A stretch of 64,000 nucleotides of DNA from Leucoraja erinacea (taxonomy: Eukaryota). Under the pieces are notes generated by a model. The model saw only the letters and a list, made by a program, of their open reading frames with translations. It did not search any database and had not been told where the DNA came from. The position numbers and the translations under genes are program-made. The stretch is taken from contig NC_073399.1 in assembly GCF_028641065.1 (NCBI RefSeq), positions 3,410,001 through 3,474,000 of the forward strand. Direction: 5' to 3'. Positions 25,229 through 39,234 of this stretch are shown here, piece after piece (within the stretch, counting starts at the first letter, position 1; every line of letters starts with the position of its first letter).

Positions 25229-25469
25229 GTCAGTGCGGACATTGAGGGAAGAAATTGTCTTTTTCTTTGCTTGTTGAATATTGTTTTGCTTCTCCAGTCG
25301 AATAAGCACCTTTATTAATTAGGAACTTGATTTTACAATTATTTCCCAGATGGTGAGGATAATTTAACAGCTTGTGTGTTTACCATTGTCTATTTAGTCA
25401 AATTCACATATCAAATAACTAAAGTTTAAAGATATGTAGTAAAGGTGCTTAAACTCTGGTGCTGAGGCT

Positions 25470-27725
25470 CAACGAAGAAGAGTGATGTCAGGCAGAGCCG
25501 TAGTGGTGGGAGACACGATAGTCAGAGGTGCGGACAGGAGATTCTGCGAGACTCCAGGATGGAGTGTTGCCTCCCTGGTGCCAGGGCCCAGGACCTCACG
25601 GAGCGGCTGCACGGCATACTCAAGAGTGAGGGGGAGCAGCCGGAGGTTGTTGTGCATGTTGGCATGACTGATATAGGTCAGAAGAGGAAGGAGGTTCTGC
25701 AACACAAGTTTACGAAATTAGGTAGAAGACTGAAAAGCAGGACCTGCAGGGTAATGATCTCAGGATCGCTTCCAGTACATCGTTCTACTGAAGGCAAGAA
25801 CAGGAAGATAAGGGAAATGAATGTGTGGCTGAGGAGTTGGTGCAGGGGCAAGGATTTAGATTTCTGGATCACCGAGATCTCTTCTGGGGCAGGGGTGACC
25901 TGTACAAAAGGGAGGGGAGGACCAACATCCCAGCGGGCAGTGTTGCTAACGCTACACAGGAGGGTTTAAACTAGATTGGTGGGGGGGTGGGGGAATCTTG
26001 TGCAGGACAGAGGCACATGAGAAACTAGAAGTTGGTATGGAGGGTGGTGTGAGGAAGGTTCGTGGACAGAATAGGCAGGTGAAAGACGGAGAGCGAGGAA
26101 GGAAGGTTAGTTTATGGGTTAGTCAGCCATGATCATATTGAATGGCGGAGCAGGCTCGAAGGGCCAAATGGCCTACTGCTGCACCTATTTTCCATGTTTA
26201 AACTGCACGTATTTTAATGCAAGGGGCCTAACGGGTAAGGCAAATGAGCTCAGGGCATGGAGATACGTGCTACTGGGATGTTGTAGCCAAGACTGAAACC
26301 GGGTTAAGGAAGGGGGAGGACTGGCAGCTCAATGTGCCTCTTTTTAAGTGGCTGCAGGGAAAACGCTGGGAGCAATAGGCTGCTGAGTTGGAAAATTACT
26401 AGAGAGTATTCTGAGGGATAGGCTATACAGGCATTTGGATGGGCAAGGGCTGATTAGGGACAGTCCGCATGGATTTGTACGTGGAAGGTCGTGTCTCACA
26501 AGTCTGATTTTTTTACAGACATGATCAAAAAGGTTGATGAGAGCAGAGATGTAGATGTTGTGTACATGGATTTCAGCAAAGCATTCGACAAGGTTCCGCA
26601 TGGTAGGCTGCTCTGGAAGGTTAGATCGCATGGGATCCAAGGAGAGATAGCTGAACAGATAGCAAATTGGCTCCATGGAAGGAAGCAGAGGGTGATGGTG
26701 GAAGGTTGCTTCTCAGACTGGAGGCCTGTGACTAGTGGTGTGCCCCAGGGTTCGGTGCTGGGGCCATTACTGTTTGTCATCTACATCAATGATTTGGATG
26801 AGAACATACTGGGCAAGATTAGCAAGTTTGCTGATGATACAAAAGTGAGTGGTTTTGCAGGTAGTGAAGATGGTTGTGAATGATTGCAGCAGGATCTGGA
26901 TCGATTAGCCAGGTGGGCGGAGGAATGTTGATGGAATTTAATACAGAGACGTGTGAGGTGTTGCATTTTGGGACGTCGAACAGGGGCAGGACCTACACAG
27001 TAAATGGGAGGCCTCTGCATAGTGTTGTTGAGCAGAGGGATCTAGGAGTACAGGTGCATGGTTCTTTGAAGGTCGAGTCGCAGGTAGATAAGGTGGTTAA
27101 CAAGGCTTTTGGCACTTTGGCCTACATCAGTCAGAGTATTGAGTATAGATGTTGGGAGGTCATGTTGCAGTTGTATAAGATGTTGGTGAGACAGCATTTA
27201 GAATATTATGTTCAGTTCTGGGCACCATGTTATAGTCAAGCTTGAAAGGGTTCAGAAATGATTTACAAGGATGTTGCCAGGATAGAGGGTGTGAGCTACA
27301 GGGAGAGGTTGAGTAGGCTGGGTCTCTATTCTATGGAGCGCAGGAGGATGAGGGGAGATCTTATAGAGGTGTACAAAATCATGAGAGGAATAGATTGGGT
27401 AAATGCACAGTCTCTTGCCCAGAGTAGGGGAATCGAGGGCCAGAGGACATAGGTTCAAGGTGAAGGGGAAAAGATTTAATAAGAATCTGAGGGGTAATGT
27501 TTTCACACAAAGAGTGGTGGGTGTATGGAACAAGCTGCTAGAGGAGGTAGTTGAGGCTGGGACTATCCCATTGTGTAAGAAACAAGAGACAGGTACACGG
27601 ATAGGACAGAATTGGAGGGATATGGACCAAGCACAGGTAAGTGGGACTAGTGTAGCTGGGACATGTTGGCCGGTGTGTGGGCAAGTTGGGCCGAAGGGCC
27701 TGTTTCCACTCTGTATTACTCTGAA
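25470..27725 (+). mobile_element. Internally deleted CR1 LINE (ORF1 esterase, EN start, RT, 3' UTR)
   Basis: AVVVGDTIVRG and VVVHVGMTD (SGNH esterase-like ORF1). YFNARGL (EN start). [37 protein letters not shown] (RT). Stops and frameshifts present. Confidence 0.9.
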
Positions 27726-28028
27726 AAGTTTTGATAATTTCACCAACAGTAGGGTATTAGATAAAATGCAGAATTCTAGAATATTAATAAATGTCAAACA
27801 ATAATTGGAACTTTGTGAACTCAAGTAACTTGAAAATCATTGTAATATTACTCCTATCCAATGTCCAAATATTTACCATCTAGCAGCAATAAACTGGTAT
27901 AAGTGACTCGAATTTTTGGATGCAAGCTAAAAGCTAACTTTATAAAATTGATTCTAAATCAATGATTTGTAGTTTAAATTATAACATTGAATATGTATTT
28001 TAAGAAGTGCTTTATATCTTTGTCACAG

Positions 28029-28114
28029 GGAACCTTGGTCCGAGTTTTTGACACTACTACAGGGCAACTCATTCAAGAGTTGAGGAGGGGGTCACAAGCA
28101 GCAAATATCTATTG
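28029..28114 (+). CDS. WDR45B: WDR45B exon 7 (PROPPIN LRRG phosphoinositide-binding motif)
   Basis: tcacag|GGA...TG|gtatg. GTLVRVFDTTTGQLIQELRRGSQAANIY. Confidence 0.96.
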
Positions 28115-28908
28115 GTATGTTTAAAACACTGCAGCCTGCATTAATACCTTTCAACATCGGTTAACTAATTTTGTGTTAAGAATATGGTATATTCTTCTAT
28201 TCTTTTGTCTCTTCATCTCTGGCTTTTGTCCAACCATCTGTCCAGATGCTCCAGCATTGTCATTTTTCCAATTGTCACTTTTTTTTACTAAGTTGTAGTG
28301 TCTTCTACAGAGCATTTTTAGAAGTTTCCTGGTTCTACATTGTGATGTAACCCTGCATAATCTGAACAAGTTGCTTCCATTTCTAAAATCTCAATATTAT
28401 GATTTACGTTTTGGCAATTAAACAATTCCGGAGTGTATTTGTTTGGATTGCGATTCAAATGTAAAAGATGATGGTGAATAGAGATGATGGTGAAATGAGA
28501 GGTGACATTTATTTGGTTGGAAGTCCTTGTAGTTCTCTCCCTCAAGGTTGGTGGGAGCAGAGTGAATATCTTTAAGGCATGGGTAAAGACTTGAGCACTG
28601 TGAAGAAAGGTTACTGTATGGAGACATCCAGTGGAGATGAGGTTACAATCAGGTCGACTTTGATCTTTTTAAATGGTGAAGCAGGTCTGGGCTCATACCT
28701 TTCTGTGTCTATACCCATCAGTGGGGTAGATTGGCATTGTCTGCTCCTGTTCATCCCCTCCATTCTTTTGACTACTGTTCAATAACAGGAAAAAAATCAC
28801 ACATTTTGCTGCTTACAAAACCAGAGACTGAGGGTGGGGGGATTGTATTGGACAGTTGAAATTGTGTTTTTTTTCCCCTGTAGCAATAATGAACATTTTG
28901 TCTTGCAG

Positions 28909-29010
28909 CATTAATTTTAATCAAGATGCTTCTTTAATCTGCGTGTCAAGTGATCATGGGACTGTTCATATTTTTGCAGCCGAGGATCCCAAAAGAAACA
29001 AACAGTCCAG
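28909..29010 (+). CDS. WDR45B: WDR45B exon 8
   Basis: ttgcag|C...CCAG|gtaaa. [34 protein letters not shown]. Confidence 0.96.
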
Positions 29011-29574
29011 GTAAATAATGAGATTTACAAACGGGTACATCGACTTCTCTTTAAACAGTTGCATTTATATTGGAAATTGTTAACAAAATGCCTTCCATGC
29101 CAATTTACATGGTATAATCTTCTCTTCTGGTTCTGCTGAACAAAGAAAGTCAGGAATAATGATTTTAGAAATGTGAATGTTGTACATGAATGACCTTGTC
29201 TGATTTAGAACTTGGAATTTGCTTAAAATATTTCAGCCAGTTACATTAGAATGGCAGCAGCCTTTAAGCTTATTTCGTTCAATTAGGTAATGTTTGATTT
29301 TAATGTCAATTTGACACCCACTTTTACTTCCTTAACCATATGTTCCCTTAAAAAAGATTTTTCAAAAATTTGAATTAATTCAGTATCCAGGCTCTCTTGG
29401 AGGTAAATTCCAGATGTTCACCATGTCATGCAGTGAGTTTATACTGATTTCAAATTCTTATTTTAATGAATTCTTTAATCGCTTCAGATTATTTGGTTTG
29501 GTCAACCCAACCATTTGAATTTGAAGGTATACAATTATGTACTCATAATTTAACCTTTAATCCTCTAGCATCAT

Positions 29575-30295
29575 ATACAATGCAATACCGTTTATTGTCA
29601 TTTGAACCTCAAATGAAGTTCAAACGAAATTTGGTTTCTGCAATCATGCAAGAAAAGAACCAAGGCACACACCAACACAATTTACACAAACATCCATCAC
29701 AGTGAATCTCCTCCTCACTGTGATGGAAGGCAAAGTCTTGTCTCTCCCCTGCTCTCCATTCTTCTCCCGATGTCAGTCAAAGCCCCCGTGGGCGATGGTA
29801 AGTCCCGCAGCCATTAAGGCCGCGCTCTGTGTCTTGACGTTGGAGCCATCAGCGGGCGCTAGCAAGTCCCGCGGCCGTTAAAGCCGCACCGGGCGATGCA
29901 AGGCCCCACTCCGGGTCGTTTTCAACCCCACAATTCAGTTGCCGTTGCGGGAGCTCTGAAAAGCGGCCTCCCACCAGGGACCCGCGAGTTCCCGATGTCA
30001 CTGTCCACCGGGCCTGCGGCAGGCGCCTTCGAATCTCTGGAGTCGGGCCGCAGGAGCGCGCCACCACAGCTCCTCCCGTTCCGAACTCGGCCATCTCCAT
30101 GATGGTAGGTCCGCAGGCTCCGCGACTGGAGCCCCCATGTCGTTCCGGTTGGAGGCCACTCCATGGTGCTAGGCCCCAATGACAATGGAGACCTGACAGG
30201 GAATAGGCCGGGTCCCCCGTATAGGGAAGAGATTATAAAGTTCCCTCCCCCCAAACAGGCGGACTGCAGAGGCCACTGCAACGCTGGTCGCGCTG
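29575..30295 (-). mobile_element. GC/CpG-rich interspersed repeat of uncertain class
   Basis: Abrupt GC-rich block in an AT-rich intron, with a tttattgtca terminus like Rex-Babar tails and an internal duplication agtcccgc.gcc.tta..gccgc. Confidence 0.45.
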
Positions 30296-30503
30296 CCCGA
30301 TATTGTCATATCTTCAGATGTCAATGTGAATGGGCCAAAATTCATATTACAAGGAGATTGCCGTCATCATGTATTTTGCAAATGCTGGATCTAAATATTT
30401 TGAAATGCCATATTATTTTGGTAGATACGCTGTTTTATTAGTAACTAATTTCTTTCTTCACTATCTTCCTTTCCCTTCCTGACTCCCACCTCTCTGATTG
30501 CAG

Positions 30504-30625
30504 TTTAGCATCTGCAAGCTTCCTTCCAAAATACTTCAGCTCGAAGTGGAGCTTTTCCAAGTTTCAGGTTCCTTCTGGGTCACCTTGTATCTGTGCCTTC
30601 GGTGCTGAGACAAACGCTGTTGTGG
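30504..30625 (+). CDS. WDR45B: WDR45B exon 9
   Basis: ttgcag|T...GTGG|gtaag. [40 protein letters not shown]. Confidence 0.96.
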
Positions 30626-30924
30626 GTAAGTTTCATTCTCTTCCACTCACCGGCCTGTAATGTAGATATGAAATGCAAATGTGCAGATTCTGCATATGTA
30701 GAGAATTGCACACATGCAGAGAGATGATCATGCTTCTGTGAAGAGTGCATCTACAGTATTATGTATGGCATTTGTCTTTTTTTAAGAAGGAATGTAAATG
30801 TATTAGAAATAGTTCAGAGACACTTTATGAAAACATGAAATTATTTTCTATTTTAATGAAAGAGTAAAACAATTGTCATGTTTAAAGCCAGATTTAATGC
30901 AATAATGGATTTATTTCATTGCAG

Positions 30925-31031
30925 CAATTTGCGCTGATGGCAGCTATTACAAATTTTTATTCAACACCAAAGGTGAATGCACCCGTGATGTATATGCTCA
31001 ATTCCTGGAAATGACAGACGACAAGATATGA
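30925..31031 (+). CDS. WDR45B: WDR45B exon 10 (terminal coding part)
   Basis: ttgcag|[40 protein letters not shown]. The ten exons sum to 1035 nt (344 aa plus stop) with consistent phases. Confidence 0.96.
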
Positions 31032-32830
31032 ATACAAATGACATGATTACAAATAATTTACAAACAAATGTATTGCTGTGTTGTATCCTGCCTTCTCAAA
31101 GGACAGTGTTAAACGACTAAACTAAGGAAGATAATGAACCTTTGGATGGACCACTGAAAGAACAGCATACTCTTACTTCCATATTATTTGTCATTTTCCT
31201 ATTTTCAATCTTTCAGAGTTGAGAAGAATCCTCTAAAGTAAATAGAAAGACAAACATAGTGACCACAGAGACATTACCAAATCTTCAGCCTTTTATATTA
31301 AAACAAAGTGAACTAACTGTGCCTGTTTAAACTTGTATCTGGATGTTTACAGTATGAAATTTGATAGCAGCCAGTCAGGTCACTCAATGTGTGCTATACC
31401 TGATAATAAAGATTGTTTTTTGTCTGCTGAGAGTTGTGTGCTCATGCCGAGCATCATCTTGGAGGAGGGGACAGTTGTCATCTATTCATCGTAAGTGTGG
31501 TCAGTGTATGTGGAAAATGTTCAATGGAAATTGCACAACTGAACTATTAACTTGAGATCAGTTAATGGAATAGATTTATATTGTATTGTTTATGCAATTT
31601 GGGGTCCAAGCACAAGGTTAAACTGCTGTTTGCTTTGAACAGGATGCCCAATTTGTTAGTCACTTATGTGCATACAGTACAAAGCATTTAGAATTGAAGA
31701 ACCTTAATATAAACTGCACACAAACATCTTGTCTGGATCGAAAGGAGATTTAAATACGTTTCACTGATAGAGACAATTCTATCTAACAAACCGGCAATCT
31801 GGGTAAAAAATGATATAAATTGATAAAGGAATGGTCATTGTAGATTTTGCAGAATAAACCATTACAAACAGTTGTATAAATGGAGCAGTTTAAGACGGTT
31901 CATTGGTCATGTTAAATTGTTTGAGACTTCAGAATTTATGCTCTATTTTCAATAGAAATTTAACAGCTTTCAGTTCTGATAGTTAGTCGTGTGAAATAAT
32001 CACACCTTAATTCACTAGTTGGCAACATTTTTTTTAAACATCTGATTTACATTCTAATTTAACTTGTCAAGCAGGTAAAATTTTGGGCAAATATTCATGT
32101 TTAACCAGAATGATTTTTGAATAGAAGTTTGCTCACCTCTGGTGGATTGATTATGCAGGAGGGAAGTATTTGGAATGACTTCAGTTCCCCCGGAAAGTGT
32201 CAGAATAGACTTGAGAGAAACTTTAAAATGTTCATTTATTTAACCAGACCTATATAGATTTACGAAGAATTTCCTGTTGCAATACAATTTATTTGGAAAT
32301 CGAACCAGTAATCTGAGTTTATGGCCAGAAGACCAATGTAACTGACAGCGTACATGGCAATGTTACACTACTTCTAACTTGTATTTTAAAATCTGAACTG
32401 CAGCACTACACCTCGATTTAAAATTGCAATAGGACAAACCACATGTGGACATTTTGAAGAATTCAGCTTTTGAGAAAATGCTTCCAGGAAACAAGAAATT
32501 ACATTTGAAACTGTATTGAGTTAGTAAGTGATCACATGGTTAGCTACTTTCACTATAGCTTTTTTATATAAGGCCACTTTTTTTTTCTCCAGTAATTGTA
32601 CAGCTATTGAATTGGAGGATAACTTTCATAGAACACATTTCTTTAATACTAACCAGTGTTTATAAGCACCTTTCAATTCTGGAATTATAAATTAAAATCA
32701 AGTAAATGTATATAGGTTTGTGTGCATGTAAATTGTTAATGAGCTCAGTTACATCCACTTTTTACTAAAAAATGTTTATTAAATTTTTCATGTTTGACCA
32801 TTTGTGTATAATTTGCTGTTTCACTGCCTT

Positions 32831-32836
32831 AATAAA
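32831..32836 (+). terminator. Candidate distal WDR45B poly(A) signal (a proximal AATAAA is at 31853-31858)
   Basis: AATAAA near the end of AT-rich, repeat-free sequence after the stop codon. Confidence 0.4.
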
Positions 32837-33544
32837 GGGTCATATAGTCTTCAGTAGTTGTTACTAATTAAATGTGTTACCACAGTAAAATCTATTTTAA
32901 CGAATAGTATTTAAATTTGAACAGATATGGTCAAAGTAGTATTCCAGACTGGGTTGCATTGAAAAAAATTGGCATGTCGTGGAGTTTCTCCAATTGTCTG
33001 CATGTCACGCGTCTCATTTTATTACAATTAAATTGAGACGTCTTAATTCCAATAGCCTGCAGCCCCTAGTGGTGGTTAGTTCTATTAATATCAGCATTTA
33101 ATGGTAAGAGAATTTTAATTTTGAGCCTTTAGCCTGCAACTGCTGCTCCACCAAGCTCAATCTCCCACTCGAATGGTAAATATACTGTAGTCTATTATAA
33201 TTGCTGAAACAAAATGTTGCATTTTCCCCAGAGTTGGGGACTTATTTTCAGAATCTTAAGGCACTGTCCTGCTGAAGTAACAACTCACACAATACTATGC
33301 GATTGAAAAGAAACTAGGGCTTCACACATACCACCGTTTCCTGCAAATTCTAAACATTTCCAATTCTCATTTCCACATCTCTGCCCTGAATAGCATTTTC
33401 TCCTTTATCTACTGCTGTCCTTGAAGACTTGTTTGGGAATGCTCTGAAATTACAAAGCACAAAAACAAGTCTTTCAGCCCAACTTATCCCACACTTTCTC
33501 TGCTGCAATAGACTATCCAAGACATTCCGATTAACTCCCCTAGT

Positions 33545-33862
33545 TTTTCTTCTCTCCTCTATTATCAGAGTGAGGCCCAGTCCAAATTGGAGGAACAGCA
33601 CCTCATATTTCACTTGGGTAGTTTACACCCCAGCAGTATGAACATTGACTTCTCTAACTGCAGATAGCCCTTGCTTTCTCTCTCCATCCCCCTTCCCAGT
33701 TCTCCCACGAGTCTTACTGTCTCCGACTCCATTCTATCTTTGTCCCGCCCCCTCCCCCGACATCAGTCTGAAGATGGGTCTCGACCCGAAACACCGCCCA
33801 TTCCTTCTCTCTAGAGATGCTGCCTCACCCGCTGACTTACTCCAACATTATGTCTACCTTCA
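33545..33862 (+). mobile_element. Penelope-like element 3' fragment with hammerhead-like motif (33768-33795)
   Basis: Reverse-complement match to 15080-15430. CTGAAGA-tGGGTCTCGACCC-GAAAC-acc. Confidence 0.82.
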
Positions 33863-34053
33863 CAAAAGGTCTGGCCTGATAAATTGTGGAATGATAGGTA
33901 TGTGTGCACTTGATAAGGAAGGCAACAAAGTAGAAAGGCAAATTCAACACATCCTTTCTGAAAGTTGCCGATGGAATCCTGGAAACATAGATATTATAAT
34001 TTGAATATCCTATTGCGACATCCACATTTCTACAAAGATCAACTTAGTTTTAA

Positions 34054-34150
34054 AGATACACAAAAATGCTGGAGAATCTCAGTGGGTGCAGCAGCATCTA
34101 TGGAGCGAAGGAAATAGGTAACGTTTCGGGTCGAAACCCTTCTACAGACG
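34054..34150 (-). mobile_element. Short Penelope-derived element
   Basis: Minus strand CTGtAGA-aGGGTTTCGACCC-GAAAC-GTT plus family tail. Confidence 0.75.
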
Positions 34151-37100
34151 TTTGTGTAATAGGACTGATGAATACTGAATCTAGAACATTTTAGACTGGT
34201 AACAAAATCTCAAGGTGGAGCAAGTGAAGGTAATCATACAACAACCTGAAACGCCACACTGTGCTGTGCTGAATGGCAACTTCATAAAGTTCAATCTACC
34301 TCTCAATCTGCATTCTAGTTTGATGGCCACCAATTTTTTTGAAATACACCAAAATATCAAAATATTCTTTCAGTTTGGACTGCATCCATATACATTTGTA
34401 ACAAAATAAATAAGGATGCTGCTAAAGCCAAGTACTTCAGACATTAAGTGATACATTACTTACCGTTTCAATGTCACTGCAGCACAGGATGCCATTACAT
34501 AAAATATTTTCGCCTTGTTCTCTATATAAATATTTAGAATCAGAAATATTTGTTGATTTCAACTTATTTGATTTGTACTTTCCAATCTTTATTTGTTCTC
34601 ATTAGTTATGAAATTTTATCTGTGGTAGAAAATGTTTCATGCCACACAAACTTGTTTTATAAAATCCCTTTTACACCCCTCACAACATAGTACATTTATT
34701 TGCATAGCAGCAACTAAATAGTTTGTTTTTCAATGTACAGAGATGGAACTGAGATTCTCACTTCTGCAATGGAACATTCCCCAACAACATTCCCAAAACT
34801 CCATTAATATTGCAATTTCCTTGCTTCTTAATGCTGTACAACTTATAAAGCTCAGTTGCCACAAGGCAAACGTTTCATGTTGTTCCAAACGATGTAGTTA
34901 GTTACAAGGTCACATCACAAAAGCAGACACTTTTAGACTTAAATTAAATGATAGTTAACTACAGCCAAATATTTTAGTGTTTTATAAGTAATTTTGGATT
35001 TAAAGAAAAAAAACGTTTAATCTCATGAATTTACTAGGATAGGAATAAGTGATACAACTCCTGGAATAATGGTTTTAAATCCTTCCCTTGATCTTAGATT
35101 TACTGGACTGCTTCAGATCCCAATCTGGAAAAGCCACCACTCCAGTAAAACCACCACAGAGTGGACTAAAAATTAACAATATTGCAATCATTTCAAAAGC
35201 ATTACACCTCATTTATTGATCTGCTCAAAACACTTCAGACTTGGTTATTCCAGCTCACTTGCTTTGGACTAATGTTGCTGAAGGCAATGCATTCATATTA
35301 TACCTTTCTACAATTTCATGAAAGTGCATCATGTCGGTGAATTACTTTGAAATACATCAACTTTTGGCAAAGAAAAAACAAATGAAGCCATAGGTCTTGC
35401 ACTCGTTTTTCCAGATTCCATGATTCAACATTATTTAAAACTATGCACAAAGCGATGGTCTCACCAATCACCTTTTCTATTCAATTTAAAGTAACTTCAT
35501 TATGACAAAATGAGGTTTAATGCAGCTTATCAAACCGGTGAAAAAACGGGGACGTTTCTGCCCTGGAACAGTGGTTTTACATTGTTATAAAGTACAGCTA
35601 CCCGTCATGTGTGATATGGTTCTCTCGGGGTTCAAGGGTCTTTCAGACCCCTTTCAGCAAGCGATCCAATAACTGCTACGTTTTCCTTACAGCAAATGGC
35701 ACCAGGGAAAGAAGTCTTTCTTGGCTACTTTCCTATTCCATTCTATTTTACCATTAAAGACAAGAGGCACTTGGCTTAAACCAATGAGTAAAGTGATTGA
35801 GAATTATAGGTGCAAAGCTTTGATTATTCTAACAGCATAATGCTACTACATTTTTACGTTTGGTTAAATTTTAATCCTGGCGTCTATTAGTTTCCTTAAA
35901 TCATAATGATGATATTGAACACAAAATTACAAACTTTGATGTCACAGAAAATATTTTTTGCTCCGCCCATCAGCCACGAACTTAGGTTATTCAACTTTGA
36001 GGCATCACAATCACTGTCCCAAATCCCATTCCTGGAATCTACAGGGCAATCAGTTGGAGCAAGAAACTGATGAAACCCATTACAGCAGAGCCCATCTAAT
36101 TAACTGGACTGAGGACTTTACATTCTTGGCTACGTTGAGGATAAAACTGCATGCATGCATTGAACAAATCCTAACTTGACACAAATTAATTTTCTTCATA
36201 TGATCATTTTCAGGATGTGTAATTTTCAGTACATGGACATCATATTTAAATGTTTTTATTCTTCAGTTTGACTTTTAGTAACAGTTACTAGGTTCCAATA
36301 GCCCAGAACAGATATGCAAGTTTTCTCCCATTCTTTTAAATAAACAATATGCAGCAATGTGTTTTTCTTCTTTTAGTTTGAAATATAGCCTGCAAAACCA
36401 AGCCAGGAATAGTCAACGTTAACACAAAGTAACAAATAAGCGAATAAAGCAAAGAAGCAGTAGTTAAGTGCAGCACTGGTCAAATTAACAGCTGTTCATT
36501 TAGGTCTGGCAACGGCTCAGTTACATTGTCTTCTTGCCCAACACATGCAAACCCGAAGCATTTGCTCACTAAATATTAATAAAAATGGATTAAATTCATC
36601 AGGAATCTGTTAAAATATGAAAATTTGCAGGTGTAAATTAGCTTTATCTGGATTCAAATAAAAACTGAAGTAAACTTTTAACCACTCATGGTTATTTAAA
36701 AAAACATAACTACATTCGATTTCACTGAACATAAATTTACGTACGAAAACAGTTGCAGTTTCAAAGCTTCTGAAATATAAAATGGAGTGATCTGAAATGA
36801 TAGGAACCCCATTTTCATCTACAGAATGAAAAACACCCAAAAATATCCTAATTCCACATATGAACAAAATACTGCATATTTACTAACAACTGCATTAGGT
36901 AGGTCATTAAAGGCTAGCTGCCAGATGTAGGAAATGGGTCCACACCTTTGTTCCCTTTATGTAACATACAATCTTGTGTAATTGGTGTTGTTTAAAGCAC
37001 TCGCCATGTTGCCGTCACATTGGTGTGTGTGGCTAGCTGAGGTCCTCTCATTCTCTCCCTTTCCCAGTGAGCACTGAGGTAGATGAGCAGGAGGAACAGC

Positions 37101-37317
37101 CTCTCTTGAGGGGTGTGATGTTTTACATTTGTTCAGTTTCTTTAACTTGTGTTTTAAGGCTTCCCATTTCTCAGTGCTGCAGTTCACAGTCGCTCCTACA
37201 GGGCCCTATAACCCCCAACGAGTCAACACATGCTGGAGTTCTGGATATTGAGTTAGGCTTGTCCTTTTGGCACCTTGCAATTGATAAAAAGTTAGCTGCA
37301 TTCCCATCCCCTGGTCT

Positions 37318-37593
<276 letters not shown>

Positions 37594-39234
37594 TTAAACC
37601 TATATACTTTAACTGTAAATATTTATTTCAAAACTACTATTGAAAAGTTACAAAGCAACTTGTTACACATATTTTGTTTAATCTATTTGTTATTCCAAAT
37701 ACAAAGCAGAAAATAGATTTAAAAGCAGAATTTTGAAAATGGTCATTTCTGTACAGATCTAATTTTAACCAAGACTACAGTGGATTGAACTAGGTTTTCA
37801 TTCAGACTTTGACTGGTCCAGCATGTACAATCATAATATTTCAATTTAGAATATTCTTGAGCTAGTGATTTAGTGAAACAGCTATCTTGACATTCCAGTA
37901 TTCTCACAACTGTACTGCTCAAAAAAGCTAATCTTCAAAGAGATAATTGTTAACCAGAAAATTGTTAAACAGATGATGTCTACATTTCCACAGCTTCAAT
38001 TTGTCCAATAATAAAAATAAATATTCATATTAAAATGATACTTCTGTTTCGTTTACACCAATTAGTGTGGACCATTGGGACCGTGACATATGTAAGCATC
38101 CACAGTGCAGATCACAATGGAGGTATTCTGGAAGGCATTGCAATAAACTAACTGATCTGCTGAATTATGCCTTTCAACTGAAGACAATTACAAATATGCT
38201 AACCATAAGCCCCAATCACAAAGATAGTTTTGTACCTTTCTGATTTAACAGCTGAAAACGCTTGTGATCCTTTTCAGCAAACAATTTAAATTCATAAGAT
38301 TACAAGTGGTAGGAGCAGCCATTCGGCCCATCAAGTCTACTCCGCCATTCAATCATGGCTGATCTATCTCTCCCTCCTGACCCAATTCACCTGCCTTCTC
38401 CCCATAGTCTCTGACACCCGTACTAATCAAGAATCTATCTATCTCTGCCATAAATGTATCCACCAACTTGGCCTCCGCCGCCTTCTGTGGCAAATAATTC
38501 CACAGATTCACCACAGATACATGTTGAACCAATTACAGAGCTAATGTATGTGGAGCATCCAGTTATACCTTTTTCTGCGGAGTGTTATTATTCAACTTTC
38601 CATCAGAAAAACTAAAGCCTTGTATTCCAATCTGGCACAAAATGAGATAGTAGGAAGCCCAAGTATCAAGGTACTGGAGGCAAGATCCATGAACTTGCAT
38701 GGTCAACAACGGAACAATTAATTGGATTACAGCTGTATTCAGTCAATATTAGAATCAGTGATGGAGAAGGAATTGGGATGATTGCAAGAATCTAACCAGA
38801 ATACCAATGCCCTTTTACACAATGCAGCCTTAAAACTATTCTCTCCAGCCTTTATGGGGAATCTTTGATAAACTCATAGCTAAAGAAACCGTTCATCAAT
38901 TTACTTTGCTTCTTATGTTAATTAACATGATGTGGGATGTTGTACTCTTAAAAACAGTTTGAAGCTTTCCCGCTGCCTACCTGATTTAAAGAAAACCATT
39001 GAGACTTTTGCATTGTGCAAAGTTTCATGGCATGTAATGAAGGCATTATGTAAATGTTTGACCAGTATTCAGGGGACTAGGTTCATATAGGTGGATGGAA
39101 AAACAATGGCGTCAACAATATTCACCAGATGCAGTTAATATTTAACAAAGCCTTTTAACTTCATATACAACTCCTCTGGGAAATACTTTCAAAGTAATTT
39201 TCAACCTTGGGTCGGGAATAGCTATATCTGACCA

